This document shows, piece after piece, positions 30,289 to 39,318 of a DNA stretch of 64,000 nucleotides (its first letter is position 1; every line of letters begins with the position of its first letter). Both the position numbers and the translations under genes were made by a program. The stretch is from Odoribacter sp. OttesenSCG-928-L07. Lineage in GTDB: Bacteria; Bacteroidota; Bacteroidia; Bacteroidales; BM520. The notes beneath the pieces were generated by a model that was not told where the DNA came from, searched no databases, and saw only the letters and a list, made by a program, of their open reading frames with translations. The DNA lies in the NCBI GenBank assembly GCA_030265965.1, contig JAJDHA010000001.1, positions 65,394 to 129,393 of the forward strand. Direction: 5' to 3'.

Positions 30289-30921
30289 ATGACAAATTTT
30301 GCGGTAAATATTGGAAGAAGCTTCGGCTCTGGTGGTCATGAAGTTGGGAAACTTTTGGCAGCAGAACTGAATTGGAATTTTTATGATGACGAACTGATTA
30401 AAATGGCAGCTATAAAAAGTGGTTTCTCGGAAGAATTATTTAAAGCCAACGATGAAAAAAGGTCATTAATTACTACTCGCGTATTTGATTATTTCCCAGG
30501 AACAAGCGGCACAGTAAATGTTAATAATACTCCGGCTGTAATGTCGGAAGAATACCTTTTCAAGATAAATTCGGATGTGATGAAAAAGCTTTCCGAAGAA
30601 AGTAATAGCGTTTTTATTGGAAGATGTGCCGATTATATATTGCGAGATAGTGCGAAGTGTATCAATGTTTTTTGTTATGCGCCGAAAAATTTCCGTATTA
30701 AAAATGTTGTTGAAAGATTAGGTGTTGATGAATCTAAAGCCGATAAGCTTATATCAAAAGGTGATCGATCAAGAGCTTTGTATTACTCTAAATTTACAGA
30801 TAAAAAATGGTGTGCCGCTGAATCGTATCATTTGATGATTGATACATCTATATTGGGGATTAAGGGTACGGTGGAGTTTTTGAAGGTTTATGTCGAGGAG
30901 CGGATTATGACACACAGATGA
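30289..30921 (+). CDS. Cytidylate kinase-like family protein
   Basis: N-terminal AVNIGRSFGSGGHEVGKLLA (P-loop-like) typical of the family. Confidence 0.7.
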   Translation: MTNFAVNIGRSFGSGGHEVGKLLAAELNWNFYDDELIKMAAIKSGFSEELFKANDEKRSLITTRVFDYFPGTSGTVNVNNTPAVMSEEYLFKINSDVMKKLSEESNSVFIGRCADYILRDSAKCINVFCYAPKNFRIKNVVERLGVDESKADKLISKGDRSRALYYSKFTDKKWCAAESYHLMIDTSILGIKGTVEFLKVYVEERIMTHR

Positions 30922-31015
30922 CACAGATTTAACAGATAACCACAATTTTTTTGTTTCGTATTAGTAAGTTAAAAAGAAATCTGTGTAAATTTTTTAAATC
31001 GGTGTCATCTGTGTG
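30911..31015. repeat. Nested inverted repeat spanning the gap between two convergent genes (bidirectional terminator candidate)
   Basis: CACACAGATGACAC (30911-30924) pairs with GTGTCATCTGTGTG (31002-31015). An inner pair is ACAGATTT / AAATCTGT. The left arm contains the upstream stop codon. Confidence 0.6.
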
Positions 31016-31762
31016 CTACCCAAGTCGCAATTCAACCAAATACATAAAATGTTCGTCTTCGTAAAGTTTTTTGCAAACAAAACCGTTAGCTGTTGCGTGT
31101 TTTTCTAAGGTTCTGAAATCAACGAATAACCAAGGAAATTCTTCTCCTTCTTCATTATCAAAAATAAATTTGTAATTTATTTCTCCGTAATATTTTTCCG
31201 GCAGATCTTCAAAATCATCATATAGATAGATTAAGTCGGAAGAGTCTAAGATTATTTTCCCGTTCTCTGTTAATAGTTTTTTTGCTTTGAAGAAGAAACT
31301 ATCGAGATTATTAATATTACCGACAATACCTATTCCATTCATCAACATTAAAAGTGTATCGTACTTTTCGGTTTCATCTATGTTAAAGAAATCTGCTAAG
31401 AAAACATTTTTCAAGCCACGCTCTTTCATAACTTCAATTGCTCCGGGAGAAATGTCGATGGCAGTAATGTCAAAGCCTTTTTCTTGAAGTATGAGCGAGT
31501 GACTTCCTGCACCGGCGCCGATATCAAGTGTTTTGCCGTTTACATTTTGTAATGCTTTTTTCTCAATTTTCGGCATCTCGTCAAAAGTTCGAAAGAACAA
31601 ACTTATAGGCCAAGTCTCGGTGACTGCAATATCGCTTTCAACGATAAATTCAGCATTTTTTTTACCGTGATGATAGCTGAGTAAGCCTTTTCCGTATGGA
31701 TCCCCCAAGTTGCGCTTCGCTTGCATGGGGTTACTAATTTTAATCCCTTCTTCTTTCTCCAT
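31016..31762 (-). CDS. Class I SAM-dependent methyltransferase
   Basis: SAM motif LDIGAGAGSHS. The start is uncertain (31762 or 31726) because the track start 31819 lies across a 28-nt repeat element. Confidence 0.75.
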   Translation of the reverse strand: MEKEEGIKISNPMQAKRNLGDPYGKGLLSYHHGKKNAEFIVESDIAVTETWPISLFFRTFDEMPKIEKKALQNVNGKTLDIGAGAGSHSLILQEKGFDITAIDISPGAIEVMKERGLKNVFLADFFNIDETEKYDTLLMLMNGIGIVGNINNLDSFFFKAKKLLTENGKIILDSSDLIYLYDDFEDLPEKYYGEINYKFIFDNEEGEEFPWLFVDFRTLEKHATANGFVCKKLYEDEHFMYLVELRLG

Positions 31763-31783
31763 GTCACCTTCTCCTTTCTTCCA

Positions 31784-31812
31784 AAAAGTCCCTTTAAGGG
31801 GATTTATGGGGC
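31784..31812 (-). repeat. 28-nt hairpin element copy (sense on the minus strand)
   Basis: The reverse complement reads gccccataaatccccttaaagggactttt. Lies 3 nt downstream of the EnvC-like stop. Confidence 0.75.
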
Positions 31813-31815
31813 CTT

Positions 31816-33033
31816 TCATCTTTTAATAATCCAATGTTCGGGATCCAGTAGGGTAGAGCCTTTCCAAACTTCGAAGTGCAACTTTGTTGTTCCCTCTGAA
31901 CTATTGCTGTAAATAGTGCCAATGTTTTGTTTGGTTTTGATTTCTTCTCCTACGCTTACTAAAACTTCGTCGAGATTGGCGTAAACTGTAAGAAAATCCC
32001 CGTGGCGAATAATGACAACGTTGTTATATTGAGGTATTTGTGTAACTTTTGTGACTTTGCCGTTGAAAATTGCACGCGCCATACTTTTTGCTTCGGTAAG
32101 AATATCTACTCCTGTGGAATTAATCTTGATATCTTTTAATTCAGGATGCGCTTTTGTACCGAATGATTCGGAAATGATTCCTCTTTCGCAGGGCCAAGGC
32201 AATTTTCCTTTGTTGCCTTCAAACTGTCCGGAGATAATCTTTTCTTCAGGTGTGAGTTCAAGTCTGCCGCTTGTGCCGCGCGATTTTATTTCTTCTGCAA
32301 TAATTCGCTCTATCTCTTTGTTTAATTTCGATAATGCTGCTTGTTGATTTTTTATCTTATTACGCAATTCTTTTTCTTGCTTGGTAAGACTTTGAATAGT
32401 GTTGTTTTTTTCTACCTTTTCTGCTTGAAGAGCAGAAGTTTCCTTCTCTTTTGTTACTCTTAAATTTTCCTTTTCGCCTTTTTGTTTTTCAAGAGTAAAC
32501 TTTTTGTTTTGTAATTCGTTTGTTTTGCTGATAATTTCTTTACTGTATTCTTTTCTTTTGTCGGAATAAGATTTAAAATACGAAATTCGCCTGAAAGCCT
32601 GATTCAAATCTTCAGAAGCAAAGATATATGACAACCTTTTATATGTGTTTTTAGTCGACCATGTATGTAAAATCATGTCGGCATACTCTTTTCTAAGTAA
32701 CTCTAATTCATAGTCCAATTCTTTGATGGTTTTTGAAGTTGAAGAAATGTCGTTATCAAGATATTTTACTTCCTTATTAATTGTTGAGATTAATTTTGTT
32801 CTATCATTAATTTTTTTATTAATCAATGTAACTTGCTCCGTTGATGTTTTTTTGCCCGATAAAGTTTGATTTAATAATTTGTTTGTAAGCTGGATTTCAT
32901 CTTCCAATTTGGCTTTTTCATTTTGCAAATCTTCTTTCGACTGAGCAAAAAGAAGACAATTGCAAGAAATAATCGCAATAACAATTAATGATAATATTTT
33001 CTTTATTCTAAACATCTTTTTAAAACGTATCAA
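31816..33033 (-). CDS. EnvC-like murein hydrolase activator (coiled coil plus degenerate LytM/M23 domain)
   Basis: Long K/E/L-rich coiled coil. The C-terminal LytM fold lacks the HxxxD motif (STGVDI) and has a single His in LHFEVW. Confidence 0.75.
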   Translation of the reverse strand: MIRFKKMFRIKKILSLIVIAIISCNCLLFAQSKEDLQNEKAKLEDEIQLTNKLLNQTLSGKKTSTEQVTLINKKINDRTKLISTINKEVKYLDNDISSTSKTIKELDYELELLRKEYADMILHTWSTKNTYKRLSYIFASEDLNQAFRRISYFKSYSDKRKEYSKEIISKTNELQNKKFTLEKQKGEKENLRVTKEKETSALQAEKVEKNNTIQSLTKQEKELRNKIKNQQAALSKLNKEIERIIAEEIKSRGTSGRLELTPEEKIISGQFEGNKGKLPWPCERGIISESFGTKAHPELKDIKINSTGVDILTEAKSMARAIFNGKVTKVTQIPQYNNVVIIRHGDFLTVYANLDEVLVSVGEEIKTKQNIGTIYSNSSEGTTKLHFEVWKGSTLLDPEHWIIKR

Positions 33034-33793
33034 CTTTAATATAATTGTTTGGTATTTTTATATTTAGATTGTTTTTCTTTTCAAAATTAAAACGAGACAA
33101 TTTTATTTTGCAATACATGTCTTCTGTGTTCAATTCAATTTCTGTTGGTAAAATAATATTTTCTACATTCAAAAAATTAAAATACGAAATTACATAAAAC
33201 AAACTAATCTCGCTGAAAATTTGCATTTTTTCTACTTTAAAATCATTATTAAAATTGATATTGTAAAAAATTCTGCTGCTGTTTCTATAATTTAAGGAGT
33301 AATATTTTTCGACAGAGTATGAAAACACTTCATTATTAGGGAAATCGATTCTCATTCCAAGTAAAATATTTTTAATATCGTCGAAAGTAATTTCTCTTTT
33401 AAGAAAATCGTAATTTGAAAGAGCATCTGAAATATATGATTTTCCGAGTTTATTAAGAATTAAAATGCTGTCGTTTGTTATTAAAGCCGATGCAATATTA
33501 ATAGCTTTCGATGTAATTTGCAGCATCATGCTGTCGGAATTAAAAGACAATGTGCCTTTGAGATTATCTGATTTATTTTTAGCTTTATCAATAATTTCGG
33601 CTTCGAATCGACAATTTAGATTTTCCGGTTTAATATTATACTTTTCGATGCTGTCGTTTAAATCGCTCAGCTCCAGTTTTGATAATTGAGTTGGAATCTC
33701 AGTTTTAATGGAAGAAATCTTACGTGTATGCGAGCATGAAAATGATATGCAGGCAATTATAAGACATATTACAGTAAGAATCCTTTTATTCAT
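33020..33793 (-). CDS. Lipoprotein, DUF4292/LolB-like (tentative)
   Basis: Lipobox CISFSC. Conserved Bacteroidota neighbourhood dut-TPR-DUF4292-M23. Confidence 0.55.
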   Translation of the reverse strand: MNKRILTVICLIIACISFSCSHTRKISSIKTEIPTQLSKLELSDLNDSIEKYNIKPENLNCRFEAEIIDKAKNKSDNLKGTLSFNSDSMMLQITSKAINIASALITNDSILILNKLGKSYISDALSNYDFLKREITFDDIKNILLGMRIDFPNNEVFSYSVEKYYSLNYRNSSRIFYNINFNNDFKVEKMQIFSEISLFYVISYFNFLNVENIILPTEIELNTEDMYCKIKLSRFNFEKKNNLNIKIPNNYIKVDTF

Positions 33794-33798
33794 GATTT

Positions 33799-35589
33799 CT
33801 ATTCGAAATAATAAGTTTTATCTTTTATTTTCTTTTTCAGAATATCTGAAGCCTCATCTGGATTAGATTCGTAAGCTTTTTCCCAATATTCGAGCGCTTT
33901 GGTTGCTTCATTAAGTTTCCATTTTGTGTCTCCGAGATGTTCAAGGATTACGGTTCTGTCGTCGCCATCGTACTTTAATGCCTCTTCCAAATATCTCTCA
34001 GCTTCTTTATAATTTCCTCTCATAAACAATGCCCAAGCGTAAGTGTCTAAATAATAAGAACTTTTCGAATTTAGCTCCACCGCTTTCTTTCCCATTTCCA
34101 CCGCTTTATCCAAACTCATATTTGAAGTACTTAAATAATAGCTGTAATTATTAAGTAAATATGCGTTATCATAATTTAGTGCCAGCGATTTGTCATAATT
34201 ATCGAATGCCTCAGTTTTATTATTGAGCTGATAATAACAGTCGCCCAACATCATATAAAAATCAGCTTTAAGCAGGTCGTTATCCACAATCATAATTGAG
34301 CCTGTTTTCAGAGTTGAGATAGCTCCTTCATAATCCTTTTCAATATATTTTGCTAAGCCGTTGTAATAATAAAACTCCGGAATTAACGGGTACAATTCAA
34401 TTGCTTTATTCGATAAACTTATTATTGAGTCGTAGTTGTTGATTGTTGATTCAATGTAAATTAGGTTCAAATAAACAGAAGGATTACTCAATCCTAATTC
34501 GCGAGTTTTGTAAAAACCTTGTTTTGCCATTCCAATCTGATTATTCTGCAGATAGAAATCACTGAGCATCGCAAGCGACACAGGGTCTTCGGGGTGAGTA
34601 TCGCTAATTGTTAATAATAGTTCAAATGCTTCGCGATTATTGGTGGTATAAATTTCTTCGTAAGAGTAATATTTGAGAAATATTGAGATTTTAGTTTTTG
34701 CATCTAATTCAGGAGATGCGAATCCTAACATTAATTCTTCATAAGCCCTTGTATCGTTTTTAGATTTTCTGTAATATTCTGAAAGAGTGATATGAACGTA
34801 TGGATTGTTTGGTTCCATTTCAGCAATCTTATTATAACATTCTAAAGCTTCTTTTTCTTTTCCGTAATTCAAATATAGTTCAGCAAGCATTGAAATGTAT
34901 TTTGTATTGTTTGGATAAGCATCACAAAGTCGTTTCATTTCCGCTATAGCTTTATTTTTTTTATTTTGAAGATCATAAATTCTAGCAATCTTCATACTTA
35001 TCTCCTCGTTAATGCCCATAACTTCTTCCAATTTTGCCAACTGTTTTAAAGTCTCATCATAATTAGTTGTAAGAAGTAAAGCATTTGTATAATTAAATAC
35101 TGCTTCGATATTTGTTGGGTCTAATTCAATAATTTTTTTGTGCAGAGCGAGTTCTTCCTTATTTGCCGGTGTTGTGCTAATTAAGCTAACAAGGTTCATT
35201 AAATAGAAAACATTCTTATTATTGAGTTCAACAGCTTTTCTTGCAGCTTCAACAGCGCCTTCAGTATTGTATTTTAAAAGATATAATTGCGAAAGTTCGT
35301 AATATGCTGCGTCATTATTCTGGTCAAGTTTTATTGCCTGTTCAAATAATTTAATGGCATTATCAGTATCCCCAGTTATCTTTGCTGCAACAGCATCAAT
35401 AAAAACAGAAGTTTTTTTAATTTCTTCCGCCGTCATTGGTGTAGAATTAAGGTCGACTGGAATTTTTACTTGTGCTAATAATGAGTTACAAGTGAAAAGT
35501 ATTGCAAATAAAAGAGTTGTTAAGATTCTTATGCCCCTAAATCCCCTAAAGGGGACTTTTTGATATTTTATTATTGTAAAATTTGTCAT
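33799..35589 (-). CDS. Tetratricopeptide-repeat protein
   Basis: Multiple TPR units (A..YYELSQLYL..., A...Y.KA.E..P.N). The N-terminal signal-like segment is preceded by residues encoded by a 28-nt repeat element. Confidence 0.8.
   Translation of the reverse strand: MTNFTIIKYQKVPFRGFRGIRILTTLLFAILFTCNSLLAQVKIPVDLNSTPMTAEEIKKTSVFIDAVAAKITGDTDNAIKLFEQAIKLDQNNDAAYYELSQLYLLKYNTEGAVEAARKAVELNNKNVFYLMNLVSLISTTPANKEELALHKKIIELDPTNIEAVFNYTNALLLTTNYDETLKQLAKLEEVMGINEEISMKIARIYDLQNKKNKAIAEMKRLCDAYPNNTKYISMLAELYLNYGKEKEALECYNKIAEMEPNNPYVHITLSEYYRKSKNDTRAYEELMLGFASPELDAKTKISIFLKYYSYEEIYTTNNREAFELLLTISDTHPEDPVSLAMLSDFYLQNNQIGMAKQGFYKTRELGLSNPSVYLNLIYIESTINNYDSIISLSNKAIELYPLIPEFYYYNGLAKYIEKDYEGAISTLKTGSIMIVDNDLLKADFYMMLGDCYYQLNNKTEAFDNYDKSLALNYDNAYLLNNYSYYLSTSNMSLDKAVEMGKKAVELNSKSSYYLDTYAWALFMRGNYKEAERYLEEALKYDGDDRTVILEHLGDTKWKLNEATKALEYWEKAYESNPDEASDILKKKIKDKTYYFE
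35533..35560 (+). repeat. 28-nt hairpin element copy inside the annotated 5' end of the TPR gene
   Basis: gcccctaaatcccctaaaggggactttt, identical to copy 1. Confidence 0.85.
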
Positions 35590-35744
35590 AATTGTTAATA
35601 TTCAATTGTAAATGGATCGCTACGCTTGTACGGGGTTAAATGTGTAATGCCTGCTGCATTTTATCCATTTTATCCATCTCTATATTCCGATCCGTCTAAA
35701 TTTTTGCGTTAAATAGCACATTTGCTAATCATCACATCATCAAA

Positions 35745-36176
35745 TCATACTCCCGTAGATCCAAATCCGCCTTCGCCTCTCGAAGTTTCGTCGAGATTAT
35801 CAACAAGATTCCAGTCGGCTCTTTCGTGTTTGCTGATTATCATTTGAGCTATTCTGTCGCCGTCATTAATGACAAACGTTTCTTTTGATAGGTTTATTAT
35901 TATTACGCAAATTTCACCACGGTAGTCGGCATCGATTGTGCCGGGAGAATTTAAAACAGTTATTCCTTTTTTGATTGCGAGTCCGCTACGTGGTCTAACT
36001 TGCGCTTCGAAACCTTTGGGTAGAGAGATAAATAATCCGGTTGGAATTAAAGTTCTTTCCAGCGGTTCCAAAGAAATCGGACTTTCTAAGTTGGCACGTA
36101 AATCCATTCCTGCCGAAAACTCAGTTTCGTATTCCGGAAGATTGTGTTTTGATTTGTTGATAATGTTTATTTTCAT
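35745..36176 (-). CDS. dut: dUTP diphosphatase
   Basis: Motifs [16 protein letters not shown] and [10 protein letters not shown]. Start moved to MKINII because the longer track ORF starts inside the heptamer array. Confidence 0.93.
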   Translation of the reverse strand: MKINIINKSKHNLPEYETEFSAGMDLRANLESPISLEPLERTLIPTGLFISLPKGFEAQVRPRSGLAIKKGITVLNSPGTIDADYRGEICVIIINLSKETFVINDGDRIAQMIISKHERADWNLVDNLDETSRGEGGFGSTGV

Positions 36177-36193
36177 TGATTTGATTTTTTTGA

Positions 36194-36256
36194 GTGACGA
36201 GTGACGAGTGACGAGTGACAAGTGACGAGTGACAAGTGACGAGTGACAAGTGACGA
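36194..36256 (-). repeat. Heptamer array 2: (GTCACTY)x9 on the minus strand
   Basis: The + strand reads gtgacga x3, gtgacaa, gtgacga, gtgacaa, gtgacga, gtgacaa, gtgacga. Ends 17 nt from the dut ATG. Confidence 0.95.
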
Positions 36257-36277
36257 ATAATCATTGTGAGTATTCAT

Positions 36278-36412
36278 TTTATCGACTTTATCGGCTTTAT
36301 CGGCTTTATCAGTTTTATCCATTTTATCGGCTTTATCGGCTTTATCGGCTTTATCAGTTTTATCCATTTTATCGATTTTATCGGCTTTATCCATTTTATC
36401 CACTTCATCCGA
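36278..36412 (-). repeat. 9-mer array 1: (NNNGATAAA)x15 on the minus strand
   Basis: The + strand reads tttatcgac, tttatcggc x2, tttatcagt, tttatccat, tttatcggc x3, tttatcagt, tttatccat, and so on. Shows a higher-order 36-45-nt period. Overlaps the flippase stop codon. Confidence 0.95.
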
Positions 36413-37880
36413 CCCTTCTCCCTTTTACCAAAGGCTTTATCTCCTTCAAATAAACCACAATAATAAATCCTGCAAAGAAAAACGTGTTGCAGATTATCTT
36501 TATTAGTGTTGATGGATAAGGAATATATAAAGTAATAAAATAAATTGCTAATGCAAAAATAGTGTAAGCTGAAATTGTTTTGAGGTCGTAATTGATAGGA
36601 TAATATTTTCTTCCCCAAATATACGACAAGATGACCATAACTAAATAGCACGCAACGCTTGCAATTGCCGATGCCATATATCCGATAACCGGAATAAATG
36701 CAAAGTTTATGATTAAAGTAACTAATGCGCCAATAATTGATTGATAGGCGCCGTATTTTGTTTTGTCGGTAACTTTATACCAGATCGATTGATTGTAATA
36801 TACGCCGAGAAGTAAATTGGCAACGAGTATTATTGGTACGATTTTTAACCCTTCGTAATAAGCCGAGCTTTCTAAGAATTTGAATAAATCTATATATAAT
36901 GTAACGCCCAAAAAGATTACCCATCCGAGGATTACAAAATATTTCATTATATCGGCATAAGTTTTTCGAACATCTTTGCTATCGTCTTGTGAAAAGAAAA
37001 AAGGCTCAAAAGAATAGTTGAATGCCTGAATAAATAAACTCATAAAAATGGCAATCTTATAATTAGCACCGTAAACCCCAATTTGATGCATGGCATTTTC
37101 ACCTTCCGGAACTAAAAACTTTAATAATATCTTGTCGATGTTCTGATTAATTTGTCCGGCAAACCCTACAACTAATATAGGAAGAGCGTATTTCAGCATC
37201 TGTTTTAATAAAGTGAAATTTATCCTGAACTTAATTTTCTTTATTTCAGGATATAACAATATTAATACAATAATATTTGCAATAAGATTTGAGGTAAATA
37301 CATAACAAATTCCAACTGCAGGATTGTAAAGAAATCTGAAGAATGAATCAGGGTTATTTAAGCTTAACGGTCGTAAAACCAAGAAGAAAAGAAGATTCAA
37401 TCCGATATTTATTCCAATGTTTATAAGTTTTAATGTAGCAAATCGGAGCGCTTTATTTTCTTTTCTAAGATATGCAAATGGAATTGCTGTAAATGCGTCT
37501 ATTGCAACGATAATAGCAAGATATAAAATGTATTTTTCTTTTCCGGGATAACCTAATGTGTTTGTTATCGGATTGAGAAATAATACAACTAATAAGATGA
37601 ATATCAGTGAACTTGAAAATATTGAAGAAGCACTCGTGCTATATACATCATTACTATTGGCATGTTTTTTTGAAAATCTGAAGAATGCTGTCTCCATTCC
37701 GTAAGTCAGAAATATCAGTAAAAAAGCTACATAAGCGTATAAATTATTGATGATTCCATATTCTTCCGGTGGAAAAAGGTGGGTGTACAGCGGGAATAAA
37801 AGAAAATTTAATGTTCTTCCGATAATGCTGCTTAGTCCGTAGATTGCCGTTTCGCCGGCGAGCTTCTTAAAGGGATTCAT
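36405..37880 (-). CDS. Oligosaccharide/polysaccharide flippase (MOP superfamily, Wzx-like)
   Basis: 491 aa with about 14 TM helices; N-terminal GETAIYGLSSIIGRTLNFLL family pattern. Confidence 0.75.
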   Translation of the reverse strand: MNPFKKLAGETAIYGLSSIIGRTLNFLLFPLYTHLFPPEEYGIINNLYAYVAFLLIFLTYGMETAFFRFSKKHANSNDVYSTSASSIFSSSLIFILLVVLFLNPITNTLGYPGKEKYILYLAIIVAIDAFTAIPFAYLRKENKALRFATLKLINIGINIGLNLLFFLVLRPLSLNNPDSFFRFLYNPAVGICYVFTSNLIANIIVLILLYPEIKKIKFRINFTLLKQMLKYALPILVVGFAGQINQNIDKILLKFLVPEGENAMHQIGVYGANYKIAIFMSLFIQAFNYSFEPFFFSQDDSKDVRKTYADIMKYFVILGWVIFLGVTLYIDLFKFLESSAYYEGLKIVPIILVANLLLGVYYNQSIWYKVTDKTKYGAYQSIIGALVTLIINFAFIPVIGYMASAIASVACYLVMVILSYIWGRKYYPINYDLKTISAYTIFALAIYFITLYIPYPSTLIKIICNTFFFAGFIIVVYLKEIKPLVKGRRVG

Positions 37881-38248
37881 TCTTCGGCAAGTAATTTTTC
37901 GGCAAGTTCTTTAATTCGAATTAGTTTTTCACGAACAATGATGTCTTTATCAGTAATATCGATGCTTTCAACTTTTGCAATAACCTCTTGTTGTTCACCC
38001 GTTTCTAAAGGAATTTTCGATTTTAATGCTTTTCTTGCTCCTTCGAGAGTGTACTTCTGCTTTTTAACAAGGGTGTGAATTTTTTCAATATTATCAATAT
38101 CTTTTGCAGTATAATATCTTACACCTCTTTTGTTTCTTTTAGGTTGAATATATTTTGGAAACTCTGTTTCCCAGAAACGAATCAGCGACTGAGAAAGATT
38201 GAATTTTTCAGCAACTTCACTTATAGTATAATAGAGTTTTCCTTCCAT
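37877..38248 (-). CDS. MerR-family transcriptional regulator
   Basis: N-terminal HTH YTISEVAEKFNLSQSLIRFWE; 4-nt overlap with the flippase gene. Confidence 0.85.
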   Translation of the reverse strand: MEGKLYYTISEVAEKFNLSQSLIRFWETEFPKYIQPKRNKRGVRYYTAKDIDNIEKIHTLVKKQKYTLEGARKALKSKIPLETGEQQEVIAKVESIDITDKDIIVREKLIRIKELAEKLLAEE

Positions 38249-38257
38249 TTTTCAACA

Positions 38258-39226
38258 TTAATCCATTGTTTGCGTAGGTATTTCCGAAAGTTGGAGCATT
38301 GTCTCGTATTCTTCGGGAGTAATATCGTTGTAGAAATAATTTATCGGATTAACAGCTTTTCCGTTTTTACGAACTTCGTAATGTAGATGCGGACTGGTTG
38401 ATTTTCCTGTATTTCCAACATAACCAATAATCTGACCTCTTTTCACTTTGTCACCTTTTTTGACATTATATGCGCTAAGGTGTGCATATCGTGTTACGTA
38501 GCCGAAACCATGGTCAATAAAGATACAATTACCATAACCGCCATTTTTTGAGGCAAGAGTAACAACGCCGTCGCCGGTAGCAATAATCTCTTCTCCTACA
38601 GCCATTGAAAAATCAATACCCTCATGCATTTTTCTAACCTTGTAGAATGGATCTGTTCTATATCCGAAATGTGAAGCAATTCGTCTTACATCAGTTTCGC
38701 GTACCGGACGAATAGCGGGGAGACTGTTAAGCATCTGCTCTTTGTTGATTGCTAACTCATAAATTTCATCTAATGATGTTGTTTGTGCATACAATCTTCC
38801 GGTTAAAATATCTATCCTTTGAGCAATATCTGTTAACAATTCCTTGTTTTCATAATTTTCATACTTAGAATATCTATTGGTACCACCGTAACCACCTTGT
38901 CTAATATCAGAGGCAATTGGCTCAGTTTCGAAAATAATACGATAAATATTATCATCTCTATACTCAATATCAGCTAAAATTTCTTCTAACTCATTTAATT
39001 TATCATTAAACATCCTGAGTTCAAACTCGGTGCGATTGAGCTCTTTTCTTAAAATTTTCTCCCTTGGAGAATCTACAAGATAAAAAGCAATTAGCGCACC
39101 TGCACCGCCAAAAACTATGGCAATGGATAAGTAAAATAAAACGTTGTTAATGATTTGACGAACTCCTGTCTCTATTTTTTCATACGTCAAATTCGCCGGA
39201 TTGTATCTGAATTTATGTTTTGACAT
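38258..39226 (-). CDS. M23-family metallopeptidase (catalytically intact)
   Basis: N-terminal TM helix, coiled coil, HEGIDF (HxxxD) and SPHLHYEV (HxH). Confidence 0.9.
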   Translation of the reverse strand: MSKHKFRYNPANLTYEKIETGVRQIINNVLFYLSIAIVFGGAGALIAFYLVDSPREKILRKELNRTEFELRMFNDKLNELEEILADIEYRDDNIYRIIFETEPIASDIRQGGYGGTNRYSKYENYENKELLTDIAQRIDILTGRLYAQTTSLDEIYELAINKEQMLNSLPAIRPVRETDVRRIASHFGYRTDPFYKVRKMHEGIDFSMAVGEEIIATGDGVVTLASKNGGYGNCIFIDHGFGYVTRYAHLSAYNVKKGDKVKRGQIIGYVGNTGKSTSPHLHYEVRKNGKAVNPINYFYNDITPEEYETMLQLSEIPTQTMD

Positions 39227-39251
39227 TCGACAGCTTTTGATATCTAACTTG

Positions 39252-39259
39252 CAAAAGTA
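39252..39259 (-). promoter_or_regulatory. -7 box TACTTTTG for the M23 gene
   Basis: Exact TAnnTTTG match on the minus strand, 25 nt upstream of the ATG at 39226. Confidence 0.45.
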
Positions 39260-39271
39260 AATAATTTATTT

Positions 39272-39279
39272 TAATTTTG
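39272..39279 (+). promoter_or_regulatory. -7 box TAATTTTG for alaS
   Basis: Exact TAnnTTTG match, 39 nt upstream of the ATG at 39319. Divergent with the previous box. Confidence 0.45.
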
Positions 39280-39318
39280 CACAATTTTTTAATCTAAAAT
39301 GTTAAAACTTATATAGTA

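Noticed and set aside
35745-36221. The long N-terminus of dut ([15 protein letters not shown]...)
   Set aside because: The extension is a translation of the heptamer array. Dut homologues start at the MKI... position.
36250-36463. Track ORFs translating the 9-mer array on the + strand (YRLYRLYQFYPFY..., FIGFIGFISFIHF...), the overlapping 36274..36651 ORF and the 41862..42047 ORF
   Set aside because: They are periodic translations of a 9-nt repeat antisense to the flanking genes. They overlap real genes and have no independent coding signal.
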